Made by a program: the position numbers and the translations under genes
DNA from: Christensenella sp.
GTDB lineage: Bacteria; Bacillota; Clostridia; Christensenellales; Maliibacteriaceae
NCBI GenBank assembly: GCA_019420085.1
Contig: JAHZHV010000234.1
Coordinates: forward strand, 1-38,968
Length of the DNA: 38,968 nucleotides
Direction: 5' to 3'
Notes under the pieces: generated by a model
The model's database searches: none
What the model saw: only the letters and a program-made list of their open reading frames with translations
Told to the model about the DNA's origin: nothing
Shown here: piece by piece, positions 12,113-23,506 of the stretch
Layout: every line of letters begins with the position of its first letter
Position numbering within the stretch: the first letter of the stretch is position 1

Positions 12113-12577
12113 TCAGTTGCCCTCTATGCCGCGCATGGCATTTTCCGCATTGGAAAAGCCCATCAGCACCATCAAAATCGCATCTCCGTATTTTTCCATC
12201 ATCATTGCAGGAATAATAATACTATCCTTCACAACCGCCTGAGAAGGCAAGCAGTCATCGCAATCAACTGCCATACGGAAACGCACCTCTCCATCTGAGA
12301 AATCCATCTCAAAGCATCCAAAAATCAGTTGATAATTGATTCGTGTCAGCAGATTCGCCATTTCCTGGCGAGCCGATTCCTCAACGCGCAGATTCATCGT
12401 CGCAAAAACCAGATATTTATCGTCGCGCAGATCAATTAAAAGGCGGGTATTTTGCAGCTTGTTATTCAGTTTAACACCTGTACGAATCAATTCCTTATCA
12501 GCATCAAACGTATAATTCCAATCATCTGCATCAAGAAAGTCCGTAATCACTTTGTAAATCTTTCGGGAATAGGACAT
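12113..12577 (-). CDS. YbjN-domain protein (putative sensory-transduction / chaperone-like)
   Basis: 154 aa. It has the typical YbjN layout (FLDADDWNY...; LLTRINYQLIFGCFEMDFSDGEVRFR). The RBS is GGAGGT. Confidence 0.7.
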   Translation of the reverse strand: MSYSRKIYKVITDFLDADDWNYTFDADKELIRTGVKLNNKLQNTRLLIDLRDDKYLVFATMNLRVEESARQEMANLLTRINYQLIFGCFEMDFSDGEVRFRMAVDCDDCLPSQAVVKDSIIIPAMMMEKYGDAILMVLMGFSNAENAMRGIEGN

Positions 12578-12661
12578 GATACATACCTCCAGCCATTTGA
12601 TTTGAAATCCTCGCTATTGGATTCGATCTGCTTGGAACGATCCAGTTGATTTCATAGTCCT

Positions 12662-12689
12662 ATTATAGACGCTGTTCATTGTTTTTCAA
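12662..12689 (-). promoter_or_regulatory. sigma-A promoter of the ybjN-like gene
   Basis: On the minus strand: TTGAAA (12689-12684), 16 nt, then TATAAT (12667-12662). Confidence 0.5.
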
Positions 12690-12710
12690 GTAGATATCGT
12701 ACAACGATCA

Positions 12711-12745
12711 AAAAACAGACGTATCAAAAGATACGTCGGTTTTTC
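12711..12745. terminator. bidirectional terminator
   Basis: An A-run, then GACGTATC-aaaa-GATACGTC, then ggTTTTT. Confidence 0.65.
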
Positions 12746-12766
12746 CTGATCCATGCGTTCCCGGAT

Positions 12767-13099
12767 TTATTGCGCTTTCTTACGGGATACAAACACGCCC
12801 GCTGCGCCAATCCCTGTCAGGACAAACATCGCACATACCATAGGCAGGAATGTTGCTGCATCACCCGTAGCGGGTACCTGTACATCGGAACTTTTTACCG
12901 TAAACTGCGTACGCGCTGCCACGGAATCCGTATCCCGCACATCGCCGATCGGATACCAAAGATGCCCGGACAAATCAATATCCTGTGTCAGAACGACGGT
13001 ATATCCGGCAAAAGAGGTTCCCTGATTTACTTCGTGCGCAAACAGGGCAAGCTGCGCCGCGCCGGCAATTTCAATCCGCTTTGCAGCATCATCCCGCAA
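12767..13099 (-). pseudogene. remnant of a sortase-anchored (LPXTG-type) surface protein
   Basis: The C-terminus reads VPATG, then a hydrophobic helix, then SRKKAQ: a cell-wall sorting signal. The N-terminus begins mid-domain (AAQLALFAHEVNQGTSFAGYTVVLTQDIDLSGHLWYPIG). It has no signal peptide, no ATG (TTG only) and no RBS. Confidence 0.5.
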
Positions 13100-13154
13100 T
13101 GCATAGTCGGTTGCCCGAACACCATATAGTATATATTCTCAAACGCATTTTTTC

Positions 13155-13203
13155 AATTTGAAAAAACAATGGATGCGCGTATTTTAATACAATGCGCGCA
13201 TCC
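13155..13203 (-). terminator. rho-independent terminator of gyrA
   Basis: A 9-bp stem (GGATGCGCG...CGCGCATCC) followed on the minus strand by aTTGTTTTTTc. Confidence 0.6.
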
Positions 13204-13223
13204 ACAAACCAGTATCATACTTG

Positions 13224-15707
13224 TTATGCCTGGGTATCCTGCGCATCTTCCGATGCATCCGAATCATCTTCCTGTTCAGCAGGTACCGGGGCAATGGAAA
13301 CCACACGCGAATCCTCAGCAAGACGCATTAACCGCACACCCTGTGCGCTTCGGCTGTACAAAGAAATCTGTTGTGCCGGCATACGAATGATTGTACCATC
13401 ATCGTTAATCAGCATAACGTCCTCTTCATCCCGGATAAAACACATGCCTGCAATTTCACCGGTCTTGTCCGTGACATTCATCGCGCGAACGCCCTTTCCG
13501 CCGCGCCTATGCGCCGGAAATTCATCCGGTGCCGTTCGCTTTCCATAACCACGCTGCGATACAAGCAATACGCTTGCATCCTGTTCGACACGGGCAAAGG
13601 ATACAACCTCATCATCAGGCGCCAACGTTACCGCGCGAACGCCGGTAGCCGTTCTACCCATTGGCCGTACGTCATCTTCATGGAAGCGGACACACTGTCC
13701 CATGCGCGTAACAAGCAGCACCTCATGGGAACCATCCGTCAGCTGAACGCCGATCAATTCGTCATCCTCGCGCAGATTTACCGCGCGAATACCGCCTTTT
13801 CGAATATTACGGAATTCACTAATTGGCGTCTTTTTCACAAGTCCGCCGCGGGTCACCATCATCAGCGTCCAATGCTGTGCATCTTCCGGCTTTGGCGGAA
13901 GCGGGAAACAGGCGCTGATCTTCTCATCACCGTCGAGCATAAGCAAATTGACGATCGCAGTACCACGCGCAGTACGCCCTGCCTCCGGAATCTGATATCC
14001 TTTGAGGGTAAACATCTTACCGCGATTGGTAAAGAACAGGATCTCCTGATGCGTGGAGGTTGTAAAAATCGTCTCCACAAAATCTTCTTCACGCGTGGAT
14101 AATGCCGCTACGCCGCGTCCGCCGCGATTCTGCGTACGATATGTATCGCTTGCACAGCGCTTGACATAGCCAAAATGCGTCAGTGTTACGACAACATCTT
14201 TTTCCTCAATCAGATCCTCAAAATCGATCTCATCATCCAACGGCGTAATCTGCGTGCGGCGTTCATCAGCAAACGCGTCACGAATTTTGGTAATTTCTTC
14301 GCAGATGATATCCAATACCATCTGTTCATCGGAAAGCACGGCACGATAATATGCAATGCGCTGACAAAGCTCATCATATTCAGCCTGCAGACGCTCCCGT
14401 TCCATGCCGACAAGACGCTGCAGACGCATATCCAGAATTGCCTGTGCCTGACGCTCTGTCAAAGAGAAGTTTTCCATCAAACCGGCCTTTGCCTCTGCCG
14501 CCGTCTTGGAAGCGCGAATCAGCGCAACGACCTGATCAATGTAATCCAGCGCGATCATCAATCCTTCCAGGATATGTGCACGCGCTTCAGCCTTTTCAAG
14601 CTCATACTTCGTACGGCGTACGATGATCTGCTTTTGATATTCCAGATAGTGATACAGCATGCTCTTTAAATCAAGCACGCGCGGTTCACCATCGACAAGC
14701 GCAATCATAATCGCGCCGAAAGTATCCTGTAATTGGGTATGCTTAAACAACAGATTCAGCACGACCTGCGCATTGACATTTTGCTTGAGCTCAATAACAA
14801 TCCGCATACCGGAACGATCCGATTCATCACGCAGATCGGAAATCCCTTCCACGCGCTTGTCGTGCACAAGTTCTGCAATCTTCTCTACCAGACGTGCCTT
14901 GTTAACCTGATAGGGAATTTCCGTCACAACGATACGGGAGCGATTGTTTCCAAAAGTCTCAATCTCGGTCTTCGCACGCACAATGATGCGTCCGCGCCCC
15001 GTGTTGTATGCCTCCCGAATACCGGCCGTTCCCATAACGATACCGCCCGTTGGGAAATCCGGACCGGGAATAATCTGCATCAGCTGATCATTTGTAATAT
15101 CCGGATTTTTCGCAAGCGCCAAAACGCCATTGATCACTTCGCCAAGGTTATGCGGCGGAATATTCGTCGCCATGCCAACTGCAATACCACCCGCACCGTT
15201 GACAAGCAGATTCGGAAAACGCGACGGCAATACGGTAGGCTGCATCGCCGTATTATCAAAATTCGGCATGAAATCAACGGTATCTTTGTCAATATCTGCC
15301 AACATCTGCATCGCTAATTTGGAAAGACGCGCTTCCGTATACCGCATCGCCGCTGCGCCGTCACCGTCAACGGAACCAAAATTGCCATGCCCCTCTACAA
15401 GCATATAACGCATGGAAAAATCCTGCGCCATGCGTACCATTGCATCATAAACAGACAAATCGCCATGAGGATGGTATTTACCAAGCACATCACCGACAAT
15501 ACGCGCACTCTTTCGAAAGGGCTTGTCCGGCGTTACGCCCAATTCTCCCATGGAAAACAGGATACGCCTGTGCACAGGTTTCATGCCATCGCGCACGTCG
15601 GGCAGGGCGCGATTGATAATGACCGCCATCGCATATGCGATAAACGACTCCTTCATCTCGCGTTCGAGGTTGACCGGTATAATGCGGCCGCCCGGTGTGG
15701 TTTCCAT
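13224..15707 (-). CDS. gyrA: DNA gyrase subunit A
   Basis: 827 aa. Contains ...[16 protein letters not shown]..., the active-site AAMRYTE segment, and C-terminal beta-pinwheel repeats with an acidic tail. Confidence 0.98.
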   Translation of the reverse strand: METTPGGRIIPVNLEREMKESFIAYAMAVIINRALPDVRDGMKPVHRRILFSMGELGVTPDKPFRKSARIVGDVLGKYHPHGDLSVYDAMVRMAQDFSMRYMLVEGHGNFGSVDGDGAAAMRYTEARLSKLAMQMLADIDKDTVDFMPNFDNTAMQPTVLPSRFPNLLVNGAGGIAVGMATNIPPHNLGEVINGVLALAKNPDITNDQLMQIIPGPDFPTGGIVMGTAGIREAYNTGRGRIIVRAKTEIETFGNNRSRIVVTEIPYQVNKARLVEKIAELVHDKRVEGISDLRDESDRSGMRIVIELKQNVNAQVVLNLLFKHTQLQDTFGAIMIALVDGEPRVLDLKSMLYHYLEYQKQIIVRRTKYELEKAEARAHILEGLMIALDYIDQVVALIRASKTAAEAKAGLMENFSLTERQAQAILDMRLQRLVGMERERLQAEYDELCQRIAYYRAVLSDEQMVLDIICEEITKIRDAFADERRTQITPLDDEIDFEDLIEEKDVVVTLTHFGYVKRCASDTYRTQNRGGRGVAALSTREEDFVETIFTTSTHQEILFFTNRGKMFTLKGYQIPEAGRTARGTAIVNLLMLDGDEKISACFPLPPKPEDAQHWTLMMVTRGGLVKKTPISEFRNIRKGGIRAVNLREDDELIGVQLTDGSHEVLLVTRMGQCVRFHEDDVRPMGRTATGVRAVTLAPDDEVVSFARVEQDASVLLVSQRGYGKRTAPDEFPAHRRGGKGVRAMNVTDKTGEIAGMCFIRDEEDVMLINDDGTIIRMPAQQISLYSRSAQGVRLMRLAEDSRVVSIAPVPAEQEDDSDASEDAQDTQA

Positions 15708-15796
15708 TGAATCGCTCCTTTACATTGGACGCACGCAGAGCATGTGTGAACACGCGCTGCGTGCATGGTCTTATCTTTTTACTTTTCCATCACTGT

Positions 15797-16783
15797 TTAC
15801 GCGTCGGTTTTGGGCTGCTGCGCCTGCATTTGCTGCTGCATTTTACGCATACGGCGCTTCTTGGAACGACGGGAAGCGCCAATGCAGATCCATACAATCA
15901 CAAGTACAACGACCGCAAATGCTGCAAGCGGCAGCAGGATTCCGGCAAAGGCAATCAGCAGTTTGCCGCCGCCGTTAATCAGCGTACGAACGCTATCCTG
16001 CAGTGCATATTGCATACCGGTCCAAAACTCATTCCCCGTCATCAGGCGTTCATCGGAACCGCTTTGAATCAGATTGCGCTGCGGTTCCAGATCAATGGAA
16101 ATCGTATCGTAGCTGGTCAGTTCATTCAGACGGTTAAACTGTCCCTGCATTGATTCCACATCTGCCTGCACAGAACTGATCTGCGCACGCACGGACAGCA
16201 CTTCTTCCACATTCGTACAGGCGTCAAGCAATGCATTCAGCTGCGTGAGCTCTTCTTTGCCCTGTTGGATGCGCGTCTGCAAGTCGTAGTACTCATTTGT
16301 TACATCGTAGCTTTGGCTGTTATACGAGGAAAGATCGCCAAGCTGCTCCAGAAAAACCTTGAATTGCGCATCCTGTCCCACAGGCAGGCGAATCTGAATG
16401 CTGGCATAGCCGCTGTTATCCTCGTCATCGTAATTGTCATGCGACGACAGAAGATAACCGCCCATACTGCGCGCCTCGGATAAAACCTGCTCCAGTGCTT
16501 TGGACGGATTTTCACAGACGACATTGGCATAAATATCCTGAATCAGTTTTTGCGGCTGTTCCTGCTGCAGCGTTCCCGCACTGTCGGCAGAACCCATGTC
16601 CATTTCCGCAGCAGTGGATTCTTCCGTCACCATTAAGGCGCCATTTTCCTGCGGTACGGACTGCGCCACGGCACTGTCGGCAGTACCGGCAGTACCCTTT
16701 GCACCACAGCCGCACAGCGCCAACACAAGGCAAAGCAGAAAACAGAGATATACCGTAGATTGTCTTTTGTTTACACGTTGCAT
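15797..16783 (-). CDS. DUF4349-like lipoprotein with a C-terminal TM anchor
   Basis: Has a signal peptide with a lipobox (LALCGC), a coiled-coil-like central region, and a C-terminal TM helix followed by a basic/Q-rich tail. Confidence 0.65.
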   Translation of the reverse strand: MQRVNKRQSTVYLCFLLCLVLALCGCGAKGTAGTADSAVAQSVPQENGALMVTEESTAAEMDMGSADSAGTLQQEQPQKLIQDIYANVVCENPSKALEQVLSEARSMGGYLLSSHDNYDDEDNSGYASIQIRLPVGQDAQFKVFLEQLGDLSSYNSQSYDVTNEYYDLQTRIQQGKEELTQLNALLDACTNVEEVLSVRAQISSVQADVESMQGQFNRLNELTSYDTISIDLEPQRNLIQSGSDERLMTGNEFWTGMQYALQDSVRTLINGGGKLLIAFAGILLPLAAFAVVVLVIVWICIGASRRSKKRRMRKMQQQMQAQQPKTDA

Positions 16784-16802
16784 TTGTCAGTCCTCCTCAT
16801 TT

Positions 16803-19032
<2,230 letters not shown>

Positions 19033-19171
19033 ATCTACGCCCCCTTCGTTACCTTTTTCTTCTATATTATAGTACTCTTTTATTATACTACAAAACCGAC
19101 TGTTTTCCCAGAGTGCCTCTGTATTTTTTGCCTATGTTTCAAAGGTGTTTTCACAGCTTTGGCAAAGCATC

Positions 19172-20272
19172 TTACTGTCGATTCACCACTGCGTTTTCTA
19201 CGGCATACATTGCATCAATTCTTGTTTTATCAAGGGGCAGCGCTTCAATATTCGTGCACGTTATAATGGTCTGGCAATCACCAACCGCCGTCAAAAGCTG
19301 TGCACGGCGTGCGGCATCCAATTCACCAAATACATCATCCAATAAAAGAATCGGTCGGTTTCCCGTATGTGTACGCATAAAGAAGAGCTCTGCCATTTTG
19401 ATGGATAACGCTGCGGTGCGCTGCTGGCCTTGTGAAGCATATAAACGCGCCTGCATTCCATTGATGCAAAGTTCCATATCATCCCGATGTGGCCCCATAC
19501 TGGTTGTACGACGTTGTATATCCCGGGTTCTTTGCTTTTTGCAGCTTTCCACAATCGCATCGCGTTCCTGCCCCGGATCACATGCAACGCAGGGTGCATA
19601 ACGTATCGACAGTTCATCCTGTCCGGCCGAAATACGATGCTGAATCTCCGCCGCAAGCGGAGCTGCTTCCATGCAGAACTGTCGGCGTGCACGCATCACG
19701 GCTGCACCGCAGCTGGCAATCTGCTCATCAAAAACGTCAAGCATATCCAAAAAAGATGCATTTTGCTGTCCGTCTTTCAAGAGCGTATTGCGCATCAAAA
19801 GCGCACGATTGTAATCCATCAGCGCCCGCAAATAACTTTTATACACTTGCGACAGCGCAACATCCATATACGTGCGTCTTCTTGCCGGCGCATCTTTAAT
19901 CAGCATGATATTTTCCGGAGAAAACAAAACTGCCTGCATTTGTCCGACAAAATCAGCCGTGCGCCGCACTGCCGCTCCATCCAATAAAATGCGCTTTCTT
20001 CCGCCGCGCCGCAGCGTAATTGCAATATCATGCGCCACATCACCGCGTGTAAAATGTGCCTTCACAAAAGAAAACCGCGTATCCATGCGAATCATTTCTT
20101 CTTCTTTTGCACCACGGTGGCTTTTTCCAGCACAACACAAAAAAACACTCTCCAGCAGATTTGTTTTTCCTTGTGCATTTCTGCCGGAAATAACCGTAAT
20201 TCCCGCAGGAAAGGAAAGCTGCGCCTTCTCATAGCAACGATAATCCGTCAATTCCAAATGACACAATCGCAT
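19172..20272 (-). CDS. recF: DNA replication/repair protein RecF
   Basis: Walker A motif GRNAQGKTNLLES, an ABC signature region, and Walker B motif LLLDDVFGELD. The start was moved to ATG 20272 (MRLCHLELTDYRCY), which follows GGGAGAAGG. Confidence 0.93.
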   Translation of the reverse strand: MRLCHLELTDYRCYEKAQLSFPAGITVISGRNAQGKTNLLESVFLCCAGKSHRGAKEEEMIRMDTRFSFVKAHFTRGDVAHDIAITLRRGGRKRILLDGAAVRRTADFVGQMQAVLFSPENIMLIKDAPARRRTYMDVALSQVYKSYLRALMDYNRALLMRNTLLKDGQQNASFLDMLDVFDEQIASCGAAVMRARRQFCMEAAPLAAEIQHRISAGQDELSIRYAPCVACDPGQERDAIVESCKKQRTRDIQRRTTSMGPHRDDMELCINGMQARLYASQGQQRTAALSIKMAELFFMRTHTGNRPILLLDDVFGELDAARRAQLLTAVGDCQTIITCTNIEALPLDKTRIDAMYAVENAVVNRQ

Positions 20273-20434
20273 ATGCGCCTTCTCCCTTCCCACGTTTTCG
20301 GTGTATCAATCGTACACTCTATTATACCGTATTTTCTCACGCATTGCGACCTGTGTCATCCACAAAGACCCCTCCTCTGATTGCCGCAGCGCAATGAAAA
20401 ACCATTGCATCCTTCCTTTCTCTGAATTTAAACC

Positions 20435-20468
20435 AAAAAGACCTGCACCACTCGTACAGGTCTTTTTT
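20435..20468 (-). terminator. terminator of the LysO pair
   Basis: A GACCTG...CAGGTC stem flanked by A- and T-runs, immediately after the stop codon. Confidence 0.55.
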
Positions 20469-21070
20469 CACCCAAACAGCTTATAGATAACCGAAATCAA
20501 TACAGGCACAAACACCGAACAAATCGTCCCATTTAAAACCGACAATACAACACTTTCCTCATCGGTATATTTCATCATCATGGGTAATGTCGTATCTTCA
20601 CTTGTAGCGCCCGCCGCTGCAATACAGGCGGCAGGATTCATATACTTTGCAATAAGCGGAATGCAGAAAAAAGACAAAATTTCACGCATCAGGCTTCCTA
20701 AAAAGGCTACGCTTCCATACATTGCACCCGACAGCACTTCGATCGTCACACCACCAAGACTATACCATCCCATGCAACTTGCAATGGCCATGCCTTCGGC
20801 CAGCGGATATCGCGTTACAATTGCACAAAGCCACCCTCCCGCGATCGAACCAATCATGACACCAAGTGGAATAAGCAGCAATTTAACATGATATTGTCGT
20901 ATTTTTTGAAATATTCCCCGTTGCTGACCAATGCTGATACCCACTGTTATCATTAACAAGTTTAAGATTATATCACTATTTGCACTTAACCATGTAAAAA
21001 AAGCATTTTGTTCTATGAAGCAGCCGCATAATACTCCGCCAATCAATGCTACAAGAGCAAATACTACCAT
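20468..21070 (-). CDS. LysO/DUF340-family membrane protein, large subunit (putative lysine exporter)
   Basis: 200 aa and polytopic. It pairs with a roughly 90-aa membrane protein 2 nt upstream, as is typical for the split LysO family in Firmicutes. Confidence 0.6.
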   Translation of the reverse strand: MVVFALVALIGGVLCGCFIEQNAFFTWLSANSDIILNLLMITVGISIGQQRGIFQKIRQYHVKLLLIPLGVMIGSIAGGWLCAIVTRYPLAEGMAIASCMGWYSLGGVTIEVLSGAMYGSVAFLGSLMREILSFFCIPLIAKYMNPAACIAAAGATSEDTTLPMMMKYTDEESVVLSVLNGTICSVFVPVLISVIYKLFG

Positions 21071-21072
21071 TC

Positions 21073-21351
21073 TTACCGATCCCTTCTAATTTCCTTGGAA
21101 CCTTTTTTTGTTATTAGATAAACCAATCCCATAGAAGCCACCATCGGAAATAAGCAAAAAAGAAGACTTTCTAATCCAATTGATGGAAGATTACTTAGTA
21201 ATCCATCGTTTTTTCCAAGTGATAATCCCATACAAAAAATCAATAAAACAGTAAATACCGTTTGTATATGGCAAAGTGCTTTATTCCATTTTTTCGGAAA
21301 AATCCATCTTCCAATCGCAATTCCGACACACATTAGTAAAATTGTCTGCAT
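21073..21351 (-). CDS. LysO/DUF340-family membrane protein, small subunit
   Basis: 92 aa counted from ATG 21351 (MQTILLMCVGIAIGR...), with 3 TM segments. The longer track ORF extends into the leader. Confidence 0.55.
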   Translation of the reverse strand: MQTILLMCVGIAIGRWIFPKKWNKALCHIQTVFTVLLIFCMGLSLGKNDGLLSNLPSIGLESLLFCLFPMVASMGLVYLITKKGSKEIRRDR

Positions 21352-21441
21352 CTTCTGTGACCCTTTTCGCATTCTTTTGCAAAGTTGATTTGTATATCTT
21401 CTTTCTCCGTTTGAATGCACCCACACATGCAATGCACCGTT

Positions 21442-21525
21442 TGGAAAAAAGAATAAAGCGTACCGGATACGACGGTTTGCACGCGTATCCGCGTTAGTCT
21501 ATCAAATTTTTTGCGGCTAAGTCAA
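21442..21525 (-). promoter_or_regulatory. candidate promoter plus leader hairpin/U-tract upstream of the LysO pair
   Basis: On the minus strand: TTGACT (21525-21520), 18 nt, then TAGACT (21501-21496). This is followed by the stem CGGATACG...CGTATCCG (21491-21464) and a U-rich stretch (TTTATTCTTTTTT). Confidence 0.3.
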
Positions 21526-21570
21526 GTCACGCGCATTTTGCAAATGCGTTTTCATATACATTCTCCCTCC

Positions 21571-21612
21571 AAAAAAGGGGCGTGTCTGTTCAATACAGAC
21601 ACGCCCCTTTTT
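21571..21612. terminator. bidirectional rho-independent terminator ending the sugar operon
   Basis: AAAAAA, then GGGGCGTGTCTG-ttcaata-CAGACACGCCCC, then TTTTT: a perfect 12-bp stem. Confidence 0.9.
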
Positions 21613-21664
21613 GAAAACGCTCCTAAATATGTGATTGACCCCTTTTTATATATATAATCCTGTA

Positions 21665-23506
21665 TCAAAACACATGGGTCTGCAAAAAGCCATCCATTTC
21701 AATGACAATACAATCCTGCGTTGTCTGCACATACAACAGTTCTGCCTTCTGCAGACAATCCCTGATAAATTCCAATTCCTTCTGGTCATTTTGCCTTGTT
21801 TGATCAAATACATAACGGGCATACGTTACATCATACTCATAATACGACATCAAAGCATCATATTCTTCCTGCGTCAGCATCTGCGTTAATTTCTCTAATT
21901 GCTCTGATTCCAGTGCATAGACATAATAAGCATTATCTGTTTGAATAATTTGATATTCCTGTGGATTCTCTCCCAGTTTTTCCAGTGCATGTTCTACAGC
22001 AAATGTACCATACGGATTATATCCAACCTGTTCGGAAATTCTACCAACCACACAAATTGTCTGCGTCTGTTCGGTCATCTGCGAAGCAATACTCTGCAGC
22101 AGATATTGATAACTGTCACGACTATACATCGACCACATGTTTGCATAAAGGATTGTATTTCCCGTAACCAGCACAGCAAGCAGACCCAACGTCGCACGGC
22201 GAATACAGGGCAAGTGCTTTGAAGCGCAAAAGACTTTGTTCTGAATCCATCCTGCAATGATTTTAAGGCCGCATAACATATGATATACCACCAACGCAAT
22301 CAGAACGAACTGATAGTACGTCAAAATCGTATTTTCAGGCAGAATTAAAAACGGGTAGTAGCAAAGCGGATAGGCACAAAGGTGAATGAACACACTCAAA
22401 AACCGCTTTTGTCGCAGTAATGAAACCAAATACGTCACAATCAGCGCGGCACAAACCAAAAGCAATACCCATCCAAGCCACGGAATCATACAGCGAATCG
22501 TATAAAAATGATGCAGAGGCGTATACATACGCATACCCAATAAGGCGGCACATATCTTCTGCGCAGCCTGCGGCACAACACGTGCGGCAAACCACATTAA
22601 TTTTTGTATTAGCTGCAGTGGCGTAACAAACTGCGCACGCGCACTCTGTGAAGCGGTAATGCCATAGAATTGCTGTACCAAACGTGAAGCTATCAGATAA
22701 GCAACGGCAATCACACCGTACAATACCAAAAGCAGAAACGCCTTTTTAAACCGTTCTTTTTCCTTGGAGTTTTTCTCCATCTGTGCGACGAACAATACAA
22801 AAACCACAGGCGTTGCAATTTGATACATGCAAAATGCACTTAAAAGTAAAAAAGCAAACACCACATAATACAGGGGCTTTTTTTCATCATACGCATGCGC
22901 AAACATTGCATACGCCGCACAAGAACATAACGTTGCATAAATGACAATCGAAACCGACAAATATCCAATGCAATCTGCCGCAATAACGCTGCAGGTACAC
23001 AGCAATACAAAACAAACGGCAAATGCAGCACCTCTGCCGCTACACTGTATATAACAAAACAAAAAACCGGCTAAAACGGACAGGACGCATACATTTACCA
23101 TGCGTGCAATATTTAATTGTTCCAGCGAAAGACCGGAAAAGATACCCGACGTTACTTCCAGCGGGCGTTGCAACCCAACAGCAACCTCCGGCAGCATGCC
23201 CGACGGATTGTGATATGCCCAATAATCATCACCATAGCAAAATCCGTTAAGCAAAAATGGCAGCATGCCAAGCAATACCAGCCCCATCAATACCAGCATC
23301 ATACGCCTTTGCCGCTGCGACTGTTTCCACATGACATATGCACAGACGACAAGCGTCGTGCCCATCGCAATGGAATACCAAAGGCGAATCGCTGTTAAAT
23401 TTTGAAAGCGCAGTGACAGTACAAGAAAAAGAACTGCACAAACACCCAACCAACAAAGGAAAATCCATCTATTTTTTCGAAATACGCTATCCATATACTT
23501 ATGCAT
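21665..23506 (-). CDS. large polytopic membrane protein with a C-terminal soluble domain; candidate GT-C-type (GtrC/YfhO/GtlB-like) extracytoplasmic glycosyltransferase
   Basis: About 613 aa, with roughly 12 or more hydrophobic helices over the first 430 aa and then a 170-aa hydrophilic tail. It is the last gene of the operon. The start ATG 23506 overlaps the GT2 stop by 8 nt. Confidence 0.6.
   Translation of the reverse strand: MHKYMDSVFRKNRWIFLCWLGVCAVLFLVLSLRFQNLTAIRLWYSIAMGTTLVVCAYVMWKQSQRQRRMMLVLMGLVLLGMLPFLLNGFCYGDDYWAYHNPSGMLPEVAVGLQRPLEVTSGIFSGLSLEQLNIARMVNVCVLSVLAGFLFCYIQCSGRGAAFAVCFVLLCTCSVIAADCIGYLSVSIVIYATLCSCAAYAMFAHAYDEKKPLYYVVFAFLLLSAFCMYQIATPVVFVLFVAQMEKNSKEKERFKKAFLLLVLYGVIAVAYLIASRLVQQFYGITASQSARAQFVTPLQLIQKLMWFAARVVPQAAQKICAALLGMRMYTPLHHFYTIRCMIPWLGWVLLLVCAALIVTYLVSLLRQKRFLSVFIHLCAYPLCYYPFLILPENTILTYYQFVLIALVVYHMLCGLKIIAGWIQNKVFCASKHLPCIRRATLGLLAVLVTGNTILYANMWSMYSRDSYQYLLQSIASQMTEQTQTICVVGRISEQVGYNPYGTFAVEHALEKLGENPQEYQIIQTDNAYYVYALESEQLEKLTQMLTQEEYDALMSYYEYDVTYARYVFDQTRQNDQKELEFIRDCLQKAELLYVQTTQDCIVIEMDGFLQTHVF

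Noticed and set aside
13371-15317. Several 160-240-aa plus-strand ORFs inside gyrA (13371-14102, 14175-14669, 14733-15317)
   Set aside because: They are antisense to gyrA and their translations are arginine/histidine-rich nonsense.
21352-21570. Lysine (L-box) riboswitch upstream of the LysO genes
   Set aside because: The conserved L-box core segments and five-helix layout are not recognisable by eye. It is kept only as a generic 'structured leader' finding.
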